The notes under the pieces were generated by a model. The model searched no databases, had not been told where the DNA came from, and saw only the letters and a program-made list of their open reading frames with translations. Made by a program: the position numbers and the translations under genes. This document shows, piece by piece, positions 13,200 through 28,109 of a DNA stretch of 64,000 nucleotides. Positions within the stretch are counted from its first letter, which is position 1, and each line of letters begins with the position of its first letter. This DNA comes from Bugula neritina. Its lineage: Eukaryota > Animalia > Bryozoa. Where the stretch lies: NCBI GenBank assembly GCA_964035545.1, contig OZ037769.1:3949929-4013928 (forward strand). The letters are read 5' to 3'.

Positions 13200-14607
13200 A
13201 TGGAAACTGAATCATGTATTGAAGCTGCTACAGAGTTCAGAAAAAAGAGAGAGTTTGTCAGTGCCATAAATTTATTTACACAATGTATAACTCAGTGCAT
13301 AAGACAAAATGAAAACTCATCATCGCCATGCAAGTAATGAATTATTAAATTAATTATTACAATTATTGTAAGTTGAACTTGATGCATTATGATTATTAAT
13401 ATTAGTTATCACTTTATGATTATGATCAACCCACTATGGTTATCGGAATATCACTGTTACTGTTGGTAATTAGAAGAATAATTACAGGTCAAAGCCAGTG
13501 TCACTGCCATTCTACTTGTTGAGTTGTTAGCTATGGTGGTAAACTGTAGTGTAAAGCATGGTGGCGATCTAGTGATTAAACTTGATCACTATTAGTATTA
13601 GGGATACTCATACTGATTATGAAGTTTAATAATTACATTATGAATGTGTAATTAACTACAATATGTAATGACACAGACTTTGACTTGTGAGTAGTAGACA
13701 AACCCAATCATCAGTCTAATGGTTAACTGAAAAAAATTACTGTGAAACTTATGGTAATACTAATACGCGCTAACAGTTACAGTAAATGAGTAAGTACTTG
13801 TACAGTTGTACTAACAGTAGCACTAACACTCTTACTTTTAGTAACAGTGTTAAAAAATAACTCACAGCTTTAATACTGCTACTAGTATTATTGTTGTACT
13901 AGTAATAATAAGTGTCATTGTATGAGCTATATTAACGCTACTAATTGTACCCATTGCAATTTAAAATTTAACTCATCATCATCATCATTATTTCATTACC
14001 ATTTGAATATTTTCATATTTTAACTTGAACTCGGGATCCAAGTTTTAGTCACCATTATATTTTTGTCTACTGCTTATTTTATTGTAGAGTGTAGTTTGAT
14101 AATAGTATAATAGCTGTGGCATAATATCTGTTGGGTTATTATAATTTTCACTTGTTGCCACTTTTTTGAGAATTTATATGTGTTATATTATACTGTTGAT
14201 TATAGCAATGAGATGTTGGCTTCCTTGTACAATGAAAGAGGGTTCACCAAGTATTTGTATGTAGACTTCAATGGTGCTATTGAAGATTACACTAAGGCTC
14301 TTGGTCTCTATCAGTCTGCTACATACTATTATAATAGAGGACTAATACACTATCGACTAGGTGTGTATTATATTTGACTACGGTATAACTTTGTAAACTT
14401 TCAAGGTAACAGAAATGAATATGAGTTTGCAGGTTAACACGTTAATTTGAATACAGTTAGTAAAAGAAAATCAAAAGCTTTTCTGTTTTGAAAGGGAGAT
14501 TTCGTGAAGCAGTTCATGACACTTCTGAAGCACTCCGAATTCAGCCTGATTTTACTGATGCCCTGAAATGCCAGCAGCAATCGATAATAGATGGTAAGCT
14601 TGGTTGA
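13200..14607 (+). CDS. TTC32: Tetratricopeptide repeat protein 32-like
   Basis: Exons 13200-13333, 14206-14360 and 14495-14607 splice in frame: METESCIEAA...LASLYNERGFTKYLYVDFNGAIEDYTKAL...YYYNRGLIHYRLG/RFREAVHD...IQPDFTDA...GKLG*. This matches the TTC32 TPR pattern (YNNRGxxKYxxVDF; YYNRGLIxYRLG). The 3' end could alternatively splice at GTAAG near 14594. Confidence 0.85.
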
Positions 14608-15833
14608 TAAGTTTATTTGTAACCTGAGATCTACCATGAAATAAAGTAGAAACTAGGCTCTTCAGACTTAGCTTTGGTTTGCCAATGCTGTTTTATCAAG
14701 TCATGAAAACCATAGGTCTATTTTATGTTGGCAGTCATAATTCTTTCTGTTATATTCTGGAGTTGTCCTACCTAATTCACCCGGACTTGCAATGAATAAG
14801 TCAGCTTTTCCTAAGTCATTTTTTCTTTTAAATAATTAAACTTGCAAAAGAGAATTTATGAAACTTTTTTTCTTGTTCTATAAGTTTTCTATGTTTTTCT
14901 TTCAACGCAAGAGGCTAAATTATGTACAAAGAAACAATGTAAATAGTGTATTAAATTAATACAAATATATTTGCATGGATAAATAACTATATGGCATGCA
15001 AATGGACATATTACTACATTTTTTCCTTCTGTAGCCTAACTTCAAATGTTCTAATTGTATTTCTGTTATATATATTTGTAACAAAGGAGTATTCTGTTAT
15101 CTATGTCTTTCAATGATGAATAAATCATATAATTCTAAAACCAACAGGTTCCTTGTGTTCTAAACTATAAGGCATGGTTCATTGATGTTCCAAAAATATA
15201 TTGTATTACAAAAATACAAGTTTCTTATATAAAGTTTCTAACACATCTAGAAATAACTTACACCATTGTATTATAATAATTATTATACAATTGACAATGC
15301 ATAAGGAATTCAACTGGGTTGTTTGTTTAATAGTATTGGCCATTCATCTGCTCTTGAGGACAAGTTTATTCTAGACATGAAAAGAATTTCAACTGCTTGT
15401 CATTGCAATATCATTGTAGAAATGTTTCAACATCCGTAAAGAATTTAATTTTCCTTTAAAACTTGTGACATCTAATATCTAATTTTGCTTTGAATACAAA
15501 TATACTCACAAAATATTATTGAAACAGTAAAATTATAATTGAGTGTCAATATGATCTTGGGTATATAATACAGCTGTGGAAATTTAACTTTTTCTAAATG
15601 CTAAATTGGGTATTTGCACTATGCACTACTAATTTAGTGCGATTTTTTTTTAATTTTTCAAATAAAAAATATTGTCTCAATCAAATAGAGTCAGTTGGCA
15701 CAAGAGAAATTCCTAAATTTATTCTTAGTTACCATTGTAAAGGGCAACCATATCATTCGGAGAAACTCATTACTTCAAAATGACTGTTGGAAGTTGGAAT
15801 TAACTAGAACCGGTATGTACGCACGGAAGCGGT

Positions 15834-18672
15834 TTACGCATGCTCAGACTTGAAGAACTTGTGATAAATTAAAACAAATAAAATTGGAACAATAATGACT
15901 AAGAAAGCAAGAGAAACGAGTAAGCATGGTACTGACAGGTTGATGGTGGACAGGCAGTTTCGAGGACGCTGACTTATCGTAGTTACTAAACTGGCATCAG
16001 TCATAAAAGCTGCCATATCTCGAGACCCATTGGTCTGCTGTTGCACCTTTTCCGATATAGCTTTCAGTTCTTCGTCTTTTCGAGATATTATTTTATCAAA
16101 TTTCTTTTTCTCTCGCTTACTGTCATTGGCCGTTTGTTGCTTATGATTAGACCAGTCTCTGTCTAAAAGAGCGTACGACTCCGAATCCTCGGGGTCGCTG
16201 TGTAATTCTATCATGTCCAGCACTGATTGGTTGCTTGCTGCAGCTAGTCCTGCTCCCATTTCCTCATCTTCACTAGTCTCCTGCTTCAATAAACAGTCCA
16301 AAATAAAACACACACAAGTACAACAATGACAGGGGATATATGATACACAAGTATTTATTTAAGGACAATGCCTCTTGAGTATCTAACTAAAACGCTGCCT
16401 ATATGAGACAGATGTTACCAGTTCAAACAGTGAAAAGTAGCAGTTTATATCTAGCATAGTATATTGGATAGCAATGTGGCATGAATCTTTGAATCAAATG
16501 ATTCAAAAGACTATAAGTTAAACTCATGAAATGCAGTAAATTTAAAGTGTAAACGTAGATTAATACCCATGAGTCAAGTTTGAATTCAATATTGTGGAAG
16601 AATTATTGTTTTAGAACATCATGATTATTATTGATTTGATGTTAAAAAGACACAAGTTTGTGTTCCTGAAGACTGTTCATTTAAATTATTAAATAAGTAG
16701 GTCTTCTTTAAACAATATTCAAAACAAGATTTTCAATTTTAAAAATCTGTGACAGTACTGTGATGAAATAAATTCTGTCTTACAAAAAATTTTGAACTTT
16801 ACAAATCCAACATTATCACCTAATTTAATGATGCCATCGATACAAGCTTCATATTTTATCAACAATCAACATTAATTAAACAGTTAAACCAACTCGAGAC
16901 CTGGCCCCCAATATATTGATGAGGAGATACTGCTACAATCTCTCTGTTACTAGTTCACATACATGATGTAGAGCGGATGTAGAAAGTTAAAAGCCAGGCC
17001 AGTCTACAAGAACTACTCTAACAATTTGTTGAACCACAGGCTTTGTAAGTTAACAGCTACCAGCACAAACTTGCAGTTTCTTATGCAGGTATCACATGCT
17101 GGTATTATTTAACACCACTCTGCCTATATAGCCTACCATGTTGAGCTCTTACAGGAAGAGATATGAAAATAATGACATGTCTCAAAAAGAAACCATTTTC
17201 TCAAGCAACAAATTCAGGTCCAGTAAATTTTCCACCTGTCAAAAAAACCTCAACATATTCTGAAGAATTTCCTTATTAATTAAATGCATTATTCATGCAA
17301 TTAGGAAGAGCTTTATGACTGGAAAGACGACTGTGAGTCCATGCCAACATAGTTTGGTTACACGTGATTTCAGCAGTGTAATTATGCTTTAAAATGTGAT
17401 AAATTACCTCCAAGTCACTTCCCTTTACCTATAACTAACGTGCCAGCTTATTTCTCCAAATGCATAAAAAGACGTGGCTCTGTATCATAATGAAGTGCAA
17501 ACTAGTAGTAGATATTTCAACATATGCAAGTTTTGAGAGATCAATTTGTCAATTAAATTAAATACTACAGAATATTTTCATGATTTCTCACAAAAAGCTA
17601 TAAGCAGATAAAGAAGTTACAAAGAATGAGCTAGAATCAGACCAAACATCTTTTGATTCTTTCATTTTGTGAAGGCTAAACTAGTTTCACAGATCCTAAA
17701 TTTGAAAGACACTCCTTTACTTTGTATACTACTTGAGCTGGAATTTGGTTATAGGTTATGGAGATATTAGTTATAGCGGATCAACTTTAGGATAAATTTT
17801 GACAATGTGATTGCAGTTTAATTCTGGATAATCATTAGATGATTTATTATTCTCTTACTTCCTCTACTTTATACAAAACCAAGACTTTTATTATCCGTAG
17901 AATAGAACTGCCACTTACACTGCTTACGATATCAGCTGTACACCGTTTCTTAGTTACAACTGCATCTTCTCCTGAGGTTAAACGGCTTTTAGCAACAGTT
18001 TCTAACTCTTGCTGTAGTAATCGCTGATGTGAACGTATAGGAATCTTAATAGAAGTCAATGCGTAGAACTCCTGGTCATTGTACAGTTTGTTGATTCGCT
18101 TAAGCTCTGGTATCTAAAACAAAATCAGAAAAATAAAACAAAAACTACTTTATTAGAGGGTTTTTAGTCAGTGTTGAACTAGAGAAATACTATCCCAATT
18201 ATATTATTTTGCACAAAAATGAAGAGTGTTTAACTGTAAATTATGCATGCTTAGCTTCACTTACTGGACATCTAAACTTGATGGATAAACTCTGGAGGGT
18301 GTCTGTTTTATGGAGTGGTATCTCTTTGGTGATAATGTCATCGAATTGACTAGACGCCATGGTTTTATAGGATCGCTGAGACTGACTGTCACCTGGTAAT
18401 GCCGTCCCTCTACGCGTCATCTGCGTTAACTCAACAGTTTCATCCTCCGTATCTGCTATCGTGCCGTCACTAAACACATACACTTTCTTGCTTTTCACAT
18501 TCTGCATTTGTCCTAATTGTTTGGCTCTATCTTCAGTTAATATGTTTGATTCTGTCTCGTTGCTATGACTACAATGGCGCTGTTTTCTTTTGTCTTTATC
18601 ACCATCTTGTGTAGAATAGCCATTATAATTGTCTGATGAGTCCAACAATTTAGTGTAACCTTTTTTACTCAT
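15834..18672 (-). CDS. LYSMD3: LysM domain-containing transmembrane protein (LYSMD3/LYSMD4 family)
   Basis: Coding exons 18672-18265, 18113-~17919 and 16280-15834. The LysM domain is split by an intron: KEIPLHKTDTLQSLSIKFRCP/IPELKRINKLYNDQEFYALTSIKIP. A hydrophobic C-terminal TM segment follows (LLVSLAFLVIIVPILFVLIY). A probable 5'UTR exon donor lies near 20030. LYSMD3 versus LYSMD4 cannot be resolved. Confidence 0.88.
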
Positions 18673-21600
18673 CTTCAGCAAACTTGTCGGATTAACTGTA
18701 CATAAAGCTAATTAAAACAAAATTTACTTTCTGTGTAAAGATTAGTAAAAAATCTCATAAAACCATGGTCCAGGAAAAGGGGCATCAGTAGTATGATCGC
18801 CAAAACATCTACAAAGAAGTAATTCTAATGAAAAATTAAAACTTTATTAATACAAAGTCCATTTTACAAATTCGAAAAATTTTAAAATTAGTTTAAAACA
18901 TAAACATAGTAATGCATATTTATATATTTTGATCAGGCTAGGAATAGTAATGTAAGATCTTCCACCTCTATTTAATTAAAGACAATGTAAGTTCACATTA
19001 TACATATTTAACTCACATTGTGTTTGAATGAAAAGCACATTTCATAACTTCAATGATTCATCTACATGTTATAAAGTACTTCCATGAAAAGCACAGTCTT
19101 TGAAACTAACTAACATGAAATCAGAATTTAGATAGTGATGGTATTTCTCTTGAATGTTCTGTTGAGTGTAAGAATTTGAGTACCCTCATCTGTACAGAAC
19201 AACTATTGCATGATATTTATGCCCACAGTGAGCAGTGTAAAAAGATGCCTTTTCACGCCGAATATACACTGTTTAGCCTATCAGAATACATCAGTTTAGG
19301 ATATATGTGTAACAAGATATTACTAAACATGCAAGATGAAAAAAGCTGAATCAGATTAATTAGTTACTGAAACATCTAACTAAAGACATACCTTAACATA
19401 CATATTTTCAAAAGTAAAATTCATCAAATATCTATAAGACATAGGTGATTCCTGTAAAGCAAATGTAAATATATTACTTGCTGACTCAACTGGTTTTACT
19501 TAACAGTGACAAAATTTGTTCTACAGATATCGGTCTGACCACTGGCCCTAGACAATCACAATTGCAATGGGTATGGCTGTTTCACAATATTAAAATTTTG
19601 TAGCTTATTTGAATTTTATCTATGATCTATATTTCAATTTGTATCATATTATAAACATTGAAGTAATTGCAATCAGTATAACTATAAGTATTAGAATAGC
19701 TATAGATATATATCACTATTATATAAAGTGCTTCTAATTAAAATTATCATAATCATAATCATTTTTTATTACCATTATGATCACGATAATAATGATAAAA
19801 TCACAAAGTTAAACTTGAAAACTTTTGTTCTGTGAATTAGCAGCATTTTCAGAAAAAAAAGGTTTTCAAGTTTAAATAATCGTAAAACTAAATGTTGATT
19901 TTAATACCGATTACAAAAATCAAAATTTAGTTTTACAATTACTCGAATTCTCACTCTCACTCTGTCTTTTACCCCTGCTCCAGTATTCATAGTCTTAATC
20001 TTACTCTTGGGAAAAACTAAAAAGACTTACTTTTGGAGTTACAGTTAGACTAGTCTAAATTTCATCTAATTTAAATTAACTACACTTGATCATTATTTAA
20101 TTGCATGGTTTATCATTATGATTATAATTATGATACTAATACTAATAGTAATACTAATAGTCATAACCATAATGATACTCATAAAACTAAGTCATATGAT
20201 AATCAAAAAATAAATATAGTATTAGTTATTTAGTATAACTATAAGTATTACTATTACTATTAGTATTACTATTACTATTAGTATTACTAGTAACTATTAG
20301 TATTACTATTACTATTACTATTAGTATTAGTATTAGTATTATATTAGTATTACTATTAGTACAAGACAATAAGTATAATAACTATAATTTAAAGGAATAG
20401 TATGACTGCAGTAACAAGTGGTATATCATATTATAAACCATTGCATTGATCAAGAAAAAAAGTTGAAGAGTAATAAAATATCCACAATCACGATGACAAT
20501 CACAATAAGTGAATAACTGAATAACATTGATCACTACGATTGGCGTTGGAAATTGAAGGCTTTGCTTGACACATTGCAATTAGTGGCAAATCAGCCAGCT
20601 CAAATTGTACGGTGCGGGGCGAGTACCGCTCTTTTCACATAGTAAATGAGTCTAAAGTTAAAATCTCTCTAACGCAGTTATTATCTATAGATGTGTTTCC
20701 TATGTTAGCGAGCCATTTGAGTAACTTGAACACCCAATATCCGCTATTGAGTTGGGCAACTATCAGATCTATCACCTTCACTATCTGAATGAATAATCGT
20801 AATCGTAATATGATAGTACTAGTAGTAATACTGAATTGTTTTACATTTAGTGATAATATGAGTTGCAACATGAAAATTGGCTATAGGTGTGCATTGTCAA
20901 CTATAATTTGTAACTGTCAAAATGATGTTGCAATTGCAAGTCACACGTGTGACTACGTCTACTGACACTACTGAAAGTGAATACAAGTCGTACTCGTAGT
21001 ACAAACACTGAGACAGTAACACTTAGACTTACAGTAACAATGACTTATGGCTAGTCTAGTTTATCCAAATATAGTAAAATACATTGTGTGGTGTATATAT
21101 ATTAATATATGTAATTATGGTAAATATCACTTCAAGTTCATTGTTATCAAGCAATCACAATGTGAATGTGAATAGTATTAATAAATTTAGTTTTAAATTT
21201 TTAAGCAAGTGTCATTAATATGTAAAATAAAAACATCTAGAAAAGTCCTATACTTTTATAGTTATAACCATATGTATCGTTGTAGTTATCTACTGTTTCA
21301 ATTATGCAGTAAGATTTATAGTTGTAAGACCTAAAGCATAAGTATAAGTTATAGGTACTAAAAGTTAAAGTTAAATTATAAATGACTATTAGTATTGGCT
21401 AGTAGAAGAAATTCAAAAGATTTACACCAAATTAATAAAATGTCTCAAATAACTTAGATTTGATAACTGTTAGTCGTTTTCAAATACTTAAGTTAGCAAG
21501 TCAACACTGAAAATAAATTTATTTGTTGGTGGTAGACGTGGTTAAATATTTAATAATGACTATAAAAGTATTTGCTTAACTAAATACATCATCATACCTA

Positions 21601-21707
21601 CATGTTCTAATCTATTTATAGATAATGGGAAGTTGATCTTTTGGACTCTTTTCACTCTTCAATCATTTCAGCTTCTTCAGACTTGGAAATAAATTTTGAA
21701 CATTAAA

Positions 21708-24700
21708 ATGGCTGCTGACTGTTCTAAAAGGTTTGAATAAAATTGAAATGTCCTTTAGAGAGTACATTTCATATTGACATATTCACTAAATATTGTTTTG
21801 TTTTTTCATAGTAATGCATAAATATTTTTTGTCGTCGATCTTTTGTTACTTTATGGAGATTAACCTTTCCTATTCTGTATTTCAGCAAGTGTGCGATACT
21901 GTTTGCTAAAATAAAGGAGTTGAATAATGACGTCTGGCCAATCGTCTACTCTCCAAATTACAATATCACTTTCTTTGGTATGGAAAAACTTCACCCTTTT
22001 GATTCGACAAAATGGGGCAATGTTTTTCGATACCTGCAAGGTTAGTGATCACTAGCCTACACTATACATGACAATCTAGTATTATAAACCAAGCGGAGAC
22101 ATATTGCTTTTCTCTTTCTTTGTCCCACTAAAAAGCTGGAAACTTAATATTTTTATTCAAAATATTGTTTTGTTCTTTGTAAAGAATATATTCTGATTTG
22201 TAAGACATTAATATGTTGTTGTTTGAAAATTGAATTTTCTGTGTTTTACCATTATTTCAGACTCTTGGTTTACATTTGATTTTTTTTAAAAAGTTGTGAA
22301 GTTTAATAAAGAAAAATAAATAGGTTCTTGCAATATTTTCTGTTTGATTAAATTATCTTCTTTCAATAATTAATTTTTTGTGGCAACAGTGAACAGAAGT
22401 AAATGCTTTTTTTTTGTTGATTTAGCAACATCAGCAAAATTATGTTAGGTTCAAATTCAAATATTGTATAGACTTTTCTAGAAGTGTCCTTGCTTTAATT
22501 TTTTTCTCCTATTTGTGCATAGAGCACAAGTAGTCTGTGAATCAGGAAAGATAAAATTGTCAGCATTGGACAGTTTCACTCTAGCTCAACCAATCAAAAG
22601 TGAGGACGCGTTTTATTGGATAGTGATATACTCATATATAAATGCTGTAACATATTTATCTTTATTACAGATAGCAATATGATTAATAAAGACACAGTTG
22701 TATGCCCTACAGAGATCAGCAAAGAACAACTTTTAGAGTTTCACACTGAAAGATATATTTCAAGTCTAAACGTACGAGTACCTTATAATAAATAAGCATT
22801 GCGTAATTCTGTCAGAACATCTTTAGATAATCTTCAGATTTGATCTGTTGAAGCGATTTTATTAGAAAAACCTGTCATTAAGCAGCTTCAAACATAGCAA
22901 TCCTGGTCAGCATATCATTATATAGCTTACAGTGTGAATGTTTTGGAACTGTGCAGAACTCGATTGCATTGGTACATCATGAAATTGATTTTTCAGTGGC
23001 ACATATATTATTGCTGCATGAATTTAACTAATGTCAAACTTTGTGTTGGTGTTTATAAAACAGTGCTTTGCATGGAATTACTCTTAAAGAATATTGTAAA
23101 ACTGATTATAAGTTAAAGCTTGGGTCTACAAAGATTACACAATTGTGAATATTTGTAATCAACTTATAAGTAGCAAATGCATATTATTATTAGGAATTAT
23201 TTATTGTTGATGACTTTCTTACTAAATTCTCATTTTTTACCGCCATGTCCTGAGCAAGTGGCGGGAAAACTTTATAGTCATTTTCCCTGTGAAAACCCTG
23301 GTGGAAATGGTTTTTTAAATTGGGCTAAGGACTTATTCATATGTAGCACAGGAGCAATTATGACTGGATGCTCTTCCTTACATCACCAATGACCTTTACT
23401 GGAGTTTGAACGCATGACTTCGGGTTTACTAAGCCAAACACTTCAACCCCAGAGCACTGCTTTCCTACTAAATCGCAATGGTTATTATTGTACTTTTAGT
23501 GGTCATCTAAAGTAGCAGTGATTACAGAGGTCCCACCTGTAGCCTGTCTTCCTAACATTGTAGTTCAAAGACGTCTGCTGAGTAAGCTGAGGCTACAGAC
23601 TTCAGGCACCATTATTGTAAGTTTCTCTCAATAATTTTTCATTTTGAAGTCTACTAACAATAATCAGTTTGTTCATAATTTGACAAACTGTTGGTTAGCT
23701 AAACACAACTCAATATTTCTGGTCATGTGACTCTACCTTCATATTCTAGCAATATTGTGTTTGATATTGTTCAGCACACATCTGTGGTCTGCTATAACTA
23801 TCAAGAGACTTTCTTAGCTTTTTAGAACTTAAGTCTTAGGCAAACAAGAGTAAAATTGAGTGACTGTTTATTACAGAATATTTAAAATTTTAAATATATC
23901 CTGTAATTTAAATCATATGGTGCCCTATATTATATGGCATATACTGAAATACTGCTCTTTCTATAGGCTGCCCGTTTAGCATTACTGAGACAATGGTCAA
24001 TTAACTTGGGCGGTGGGTTCCATCACTGCTCATCCGACAAAGGCGGTGGTTTCTGTGCCTATGCTGACATCAGCGGTGCTCTAAAGACTCTAAAGACAGA
24101 AGGGTTAATCAACTCGGCTCTTATAATAGATCTGGATGCTCATCAAGTAGGTCCAGTACCGTCTAATGAATCACAACTTTAGTGTGTCAAGTGCTGAACG
24201 TATTTCGTGAAATCCTGCTTAATATGTAACAGTATGCACATGTTGAAAGGATTTTTATGTACAAGTAGTTTTTTTTTAAATTTTTGATATATTGTTATCT
24301 TTTCAGTATTGTGGGTTAGTGTGCAATCGAGTGACTTGCTATCGTGTAAGCTAGATCAATTTCACCAGTGAGATTTGAATTATAAGAATATATTTGATAC
24401 AATGATACACAATCTAAAAACTACATCTATCAGAATACATCAACAGCTACTCAACACAGTGTCTACAGTTTGCCAGACTATTCCTAACTGACTGCTACGC
24501 TGGAAGCCACAGCTACTAATAATAGTTCATGATTCCTATTGGTGGGTTGCTGTCTCGGGTCATCTTCTTAAAATACTTAGTGACTCCGTGCTGCACTTAG
24601 GAAAGAAGTAACATTCCCCCCTCCCCCCCCCCCCCCCCCCGTTATTACGATGGTAGCTCCACGAGTCACCACAATATGACACATGCTGTCAGCTTGGTGC

Positions 24701-27178
24701 TTTTTTGACACACGCTGTAAAGTGAGTGTTTCATGACATTTTGACACAGAATGTGTGGTCAGTGTTCTATGATATTTTGACACACTGTCAGGTTGGGGTT
24801 GTGTCACTTTTTGACACACACTGTAAAGTGAGTGTTCTGTTATGCATGCTGTGTGCTCTATGTTGTGGCACACACTGCACAGTGTCTGTTTCAACATGTG
24901 ACTGTAATTATACTCTCTTTGTTCTTGTGTAGGGAAATGGCCACCAGAGAGATTTCAAAGATACTGATTGGGTTCACACACTAGATGTATATAATGGTAG
25001 CATCTACCCTGGTGATTATAAAGCCAAAGGTTAGAAGTTGTTTATTGTCGATACTATGGTTTACAAAGTGGGCCTTTATCTAGACACCCTTATTATTATA
25101 ATATCAATAAAATTTGGCTAATTTTGTCAAAGTCCTAAGTTAGTTTAAGATGCTTTGAAGTCTACTAAGTTCCTCCATAGTTTCTTTAAAGTCTGTTTTG
25201 TATAATTTTAATTTCAAAAGATTTTTATGAGGTTATGAAATTCATAAAATCAGCCGAAATAATCTAAAGCTACCAGTATGTTTTATTAAGAATTGAAAGC
25301 TGGAACAAATGGTATTTTTCTGCTGCCTCTAAATCACATGATCAAATTACCTGCACATGTCATATGAAAATACATCATTTTACCTGCAAATGCTAATCAC
25401 TTTGCTTATCTTAGCCAATTTAAATGTCTTTCTATTTTCTAGTTTTATCATTTCAGTCGATTTTAAAGCATGTTTGTTGTTTTGGAGCAAATTAATATGC
25501 ATTTAAAACAGAGTAATGACTGTTTTGTATAAATTATGTAGTTTAATTTCACAATTTGTTATCTATATGCATCATTACTTAGGTGAAAGTCAAACATATT
25601 TTTATTCAATTAGTAATCGTTTCATATATTTCTTTTTTCACGTTTTCAGAAATGAAAAATCTACTAGCCATTGAGCTGCGTTCATTTACCGCTGATGAAA
25701 AGTATTTGGATAAAGTTTCCAAGTAAGATGTTAGTAGTATATGTGGAGGATTTGGTACCCCATCTCTGTGGTACACTCCTAGCATCCCTGTGGTATGCTC
25801 CTAGCATCCCTGTGGTATGCTCCTAGCATCCCTGTGGTATGCTCATAGCATCCCTGTGGTATACTCATAGCATCCCTGCAGTATACTCCTAGCATCTCTG
25901 TGGTATGCTCATAGCATCCCTGTGGTATGCTCATAGCATCCCTGTGGTATACTTCTAGCATCCCTGTGGTATACTCCTAGCATCTTTGTGGTATACGCCT
26001 AGCATCCCTGTGGTATGCTCATAGCATCCCTGTGGTATACTCCTAGCTTCTCTAATAAAACATATAACAAACAATTCTAAAGTGTTGATTTCATTCCAAT
26101 GCCAATTCAACTTCTACTTTGGTTTTAGTGGATTAGATAGAATATTTTCTGTGATGGGACAGAGTCCTCCAGATATCATAGCCTATAATGCTGGGACAGA
26201 TTGTATGGTAGGGGACCCCTTAGGACAGCTTAGCATCAGCCCACAGGTATCTTGACTCAGCAAAAGTTACTTGCAATTTTTTTCTTTTCCCATAAAAGTT
26301 GTTGGCAGATTTAGTCAGTAATCAAGCATTTTTCTCTTCTAGCTATGTATCTTGTATTAGTAACACTACGAGTTTATAACTTGTATTAGTAACACTGTGA
26401 GTTCATATCTTGTATTAGTAACACTACGAGTTTATAACTTGTATTAGTAACACTGCGAGTTTATATCTTGTATTAGTTATACTGCAAGTTTATATCTTGT
26501 ATTAGTAACACTGCAAGTTTATATCTTGTATTAGTAACACGCAAGTTTATTTATTCCAACCTTTTGTACAATAATTCGTTTTAAAGACTGATGCTTATCA
26601 AGCTTGATACTTTTGAAATTTGCTAAATCATGAAATTTAAGTTGGATTTTACAAAAATAATCAATTAGTATGGTTTTTAATATGATTGTCATTCACAGTG
26701 GTAATAAATATGGCATTCAGGAGATATTTTGCCAACTTTCTCAAAACTTAAACTATTTAGGAGAAAATCTTGAGCTGGAAGATGGATCGTGAGACATTAC
26801 TAGCTTTGTACTAAAAGTATTTAGATCTAACTTTAGATTTGACTTATCACGTTATATTGTCTCGCAGTGTACACACAATACAAATTTAAAATGCAGTACA
26901 TGAATGAGCTACAAATAGCTTTCCAATGTTTAATTTATTCTTTTTAATTTCTAAAGTTTTGAATACTTTTTTGTTGTGGCAACATTTAAAGCTCTTACTG
27001 TTTTACACAGGGCATCATTAGACGAGACGAGATGGTTTTTAGACTGGCAAGAGAGAGAAAGATACCCATATTCATGGTACTCAGTGGTGGGTATCAACCT
27101 CAAACTGCTCAGGTCATCGCTGACTCTATTCTAAATCTAAAAGGTCAAGGTCTTGTAGCTCGAGAACTTAACTTATAG
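21708..27178 (+). CDS. HDAC11: Histone deacetylase 11 (class IV HDAC / lysine defatty-acylase)
   Basis: Nine coding exons (21708-21730, 21886-22040, 22671-22771, 23500-23616, 23967-24146, 24933-25029, 25650-25722, 26129-26246, 27011-27178) splice in frame. Motifs: WPIVYSPNYNITFFGMEKLHPFDSTKWG, INLGGGFHHCSSDKGGGFCAYADI, IIDLDAHQ/GNGH, YNAGTD, SGGYQ...IADSILNL. The start exon is less certain. Confidence 0.96.
23255..23460 (-). mobile_element. tRNA-derived SINE, degenerate copy in a HDAC11 intron
   Basis: Its reverse complement aligns by eye over about 190 bp with 41594-41790 (gtttggctta..agtcatg.gtt..aac..cagtaaagg.cat.ggt.atgt.a.gaagagc.tccagt.ataat..ctcctgtgc.ac...ccttagc). B-box-like GTTCAAACTCC. 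Confidence 0.75.
24700..24895. repeat. Degenerate ~35-bp minisatellite (TTTGACACAC.CTGTAAAGTGAGTGTT...) preceded by a poly-C run at ~24615-24640
   Basis: About 5-6 recurrences of (t)tgacacac at roughly 33-38-bp spacing inside a HDAC11 intron. Confidence 0.7.
25761..26047. repeat. 22-bp minisatellite TAGCATCCCTGTGGTATGCTCC, about 13 copies
   Basis: Head-to-tail copies with no spacers, in a HDAC11 intron. Confidence 0.95.
26348..26550. repeat. 29-bp minisatellite TTGTATTAGTAACACTGCGAGTTTATATC, about 7 copies
   Basis: Head-to-tail copies in a HDAC11 intron. Confidence 0.92.
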
Positions 27179-28034
27179 CATGAGAATTGCAAGTATTGAA
27201 GAAATACAAGTGTCCTCCTCAGATCATTTTAGTAGACTTTATTGAACATTATTTACTATAATCTGTACTGTGATAGGAAATTTATTTTTGTTATATTTTA
27301 GGCTACACTGAAAATAATGTACTGTATTTAAAATATGCTATAAGTTGATAAAGTGTTTTATTTTACAAACTAAAAGCATCATTGATTAGTCGTTTGCTTC
27401 AAGTACTGCAACTTTGCTTGAACTTCACAAATAAACTGCTTTCAATTGATAAGTCATTCCTCATTACTAACTCCTAACTCTGGGTTTATCAATCACTTTT
27501 CTATGACACCTAAACTTGTGTGAACCAGTGCACCTTCAAACCTACACTTGCGTTGTCAACAGCTGCATTTTATGGCAAACATCAGAAATTTCTCTAGCAT
27601 TAAGTTAAGAGTTGCAGAAGGTATTATATGCCATCTATTATGGTTGAAACAAGAACATAAAAATAAACTCTATGTGGATAGTTTTTGTGTGAATTTTAAT
27701 AATTTGCATCTAACTTTTGAGATGACTAAGCCTGTATTTTTTATTCTCCTTGACCAGTTGCAAGGTTTTTTGGTGAAACAGTTTCTAATACTAATTATAA
27801 AATTTCAGAATTTTAAAACCATTAAATGATTCTTGAGCTGTAACAATAAGTTCAGTTAGTAATATGTTGCCAGAGTAATTCTAAATAAATAGATGTAAAC
27901 ATTTATAATGTTGCTTGTTTTTCTGCTCTGAAAATTTGAAATATGATAATGGGATTTTTTATGAGTTACATGTAGCTAATTTTGTTTTTGTTAGCCAAAC
28001 AGCAATTCATCTCAAAAGGAAAGCTGACAAAACA

Positions 28035-28040
28035 TTTATT
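28035..28040 (-). other. Polyadenylation signal AATAAA of the peptide-precursor gene
   Basis: TTTATT on the plus strand, 70 nt downstream of the stop codon at 28110. Confidence 0.65.
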
Positions 28041-28109
28041 TTATCAACAAAACCAATTCACAAATAACATTACAAAATTGACCATCAAGCAAGATATTTC
28101 TATTGGATT

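Noticed and set aside
25761-26550. 22-bp and 29-bp repeat arrays as CRISPR arrays or coding repeats
   Set aside because: The copies are head-to-tail with no unique spacers, lie inside introns of a eukaryotic gene, and have no cas genes nearby.
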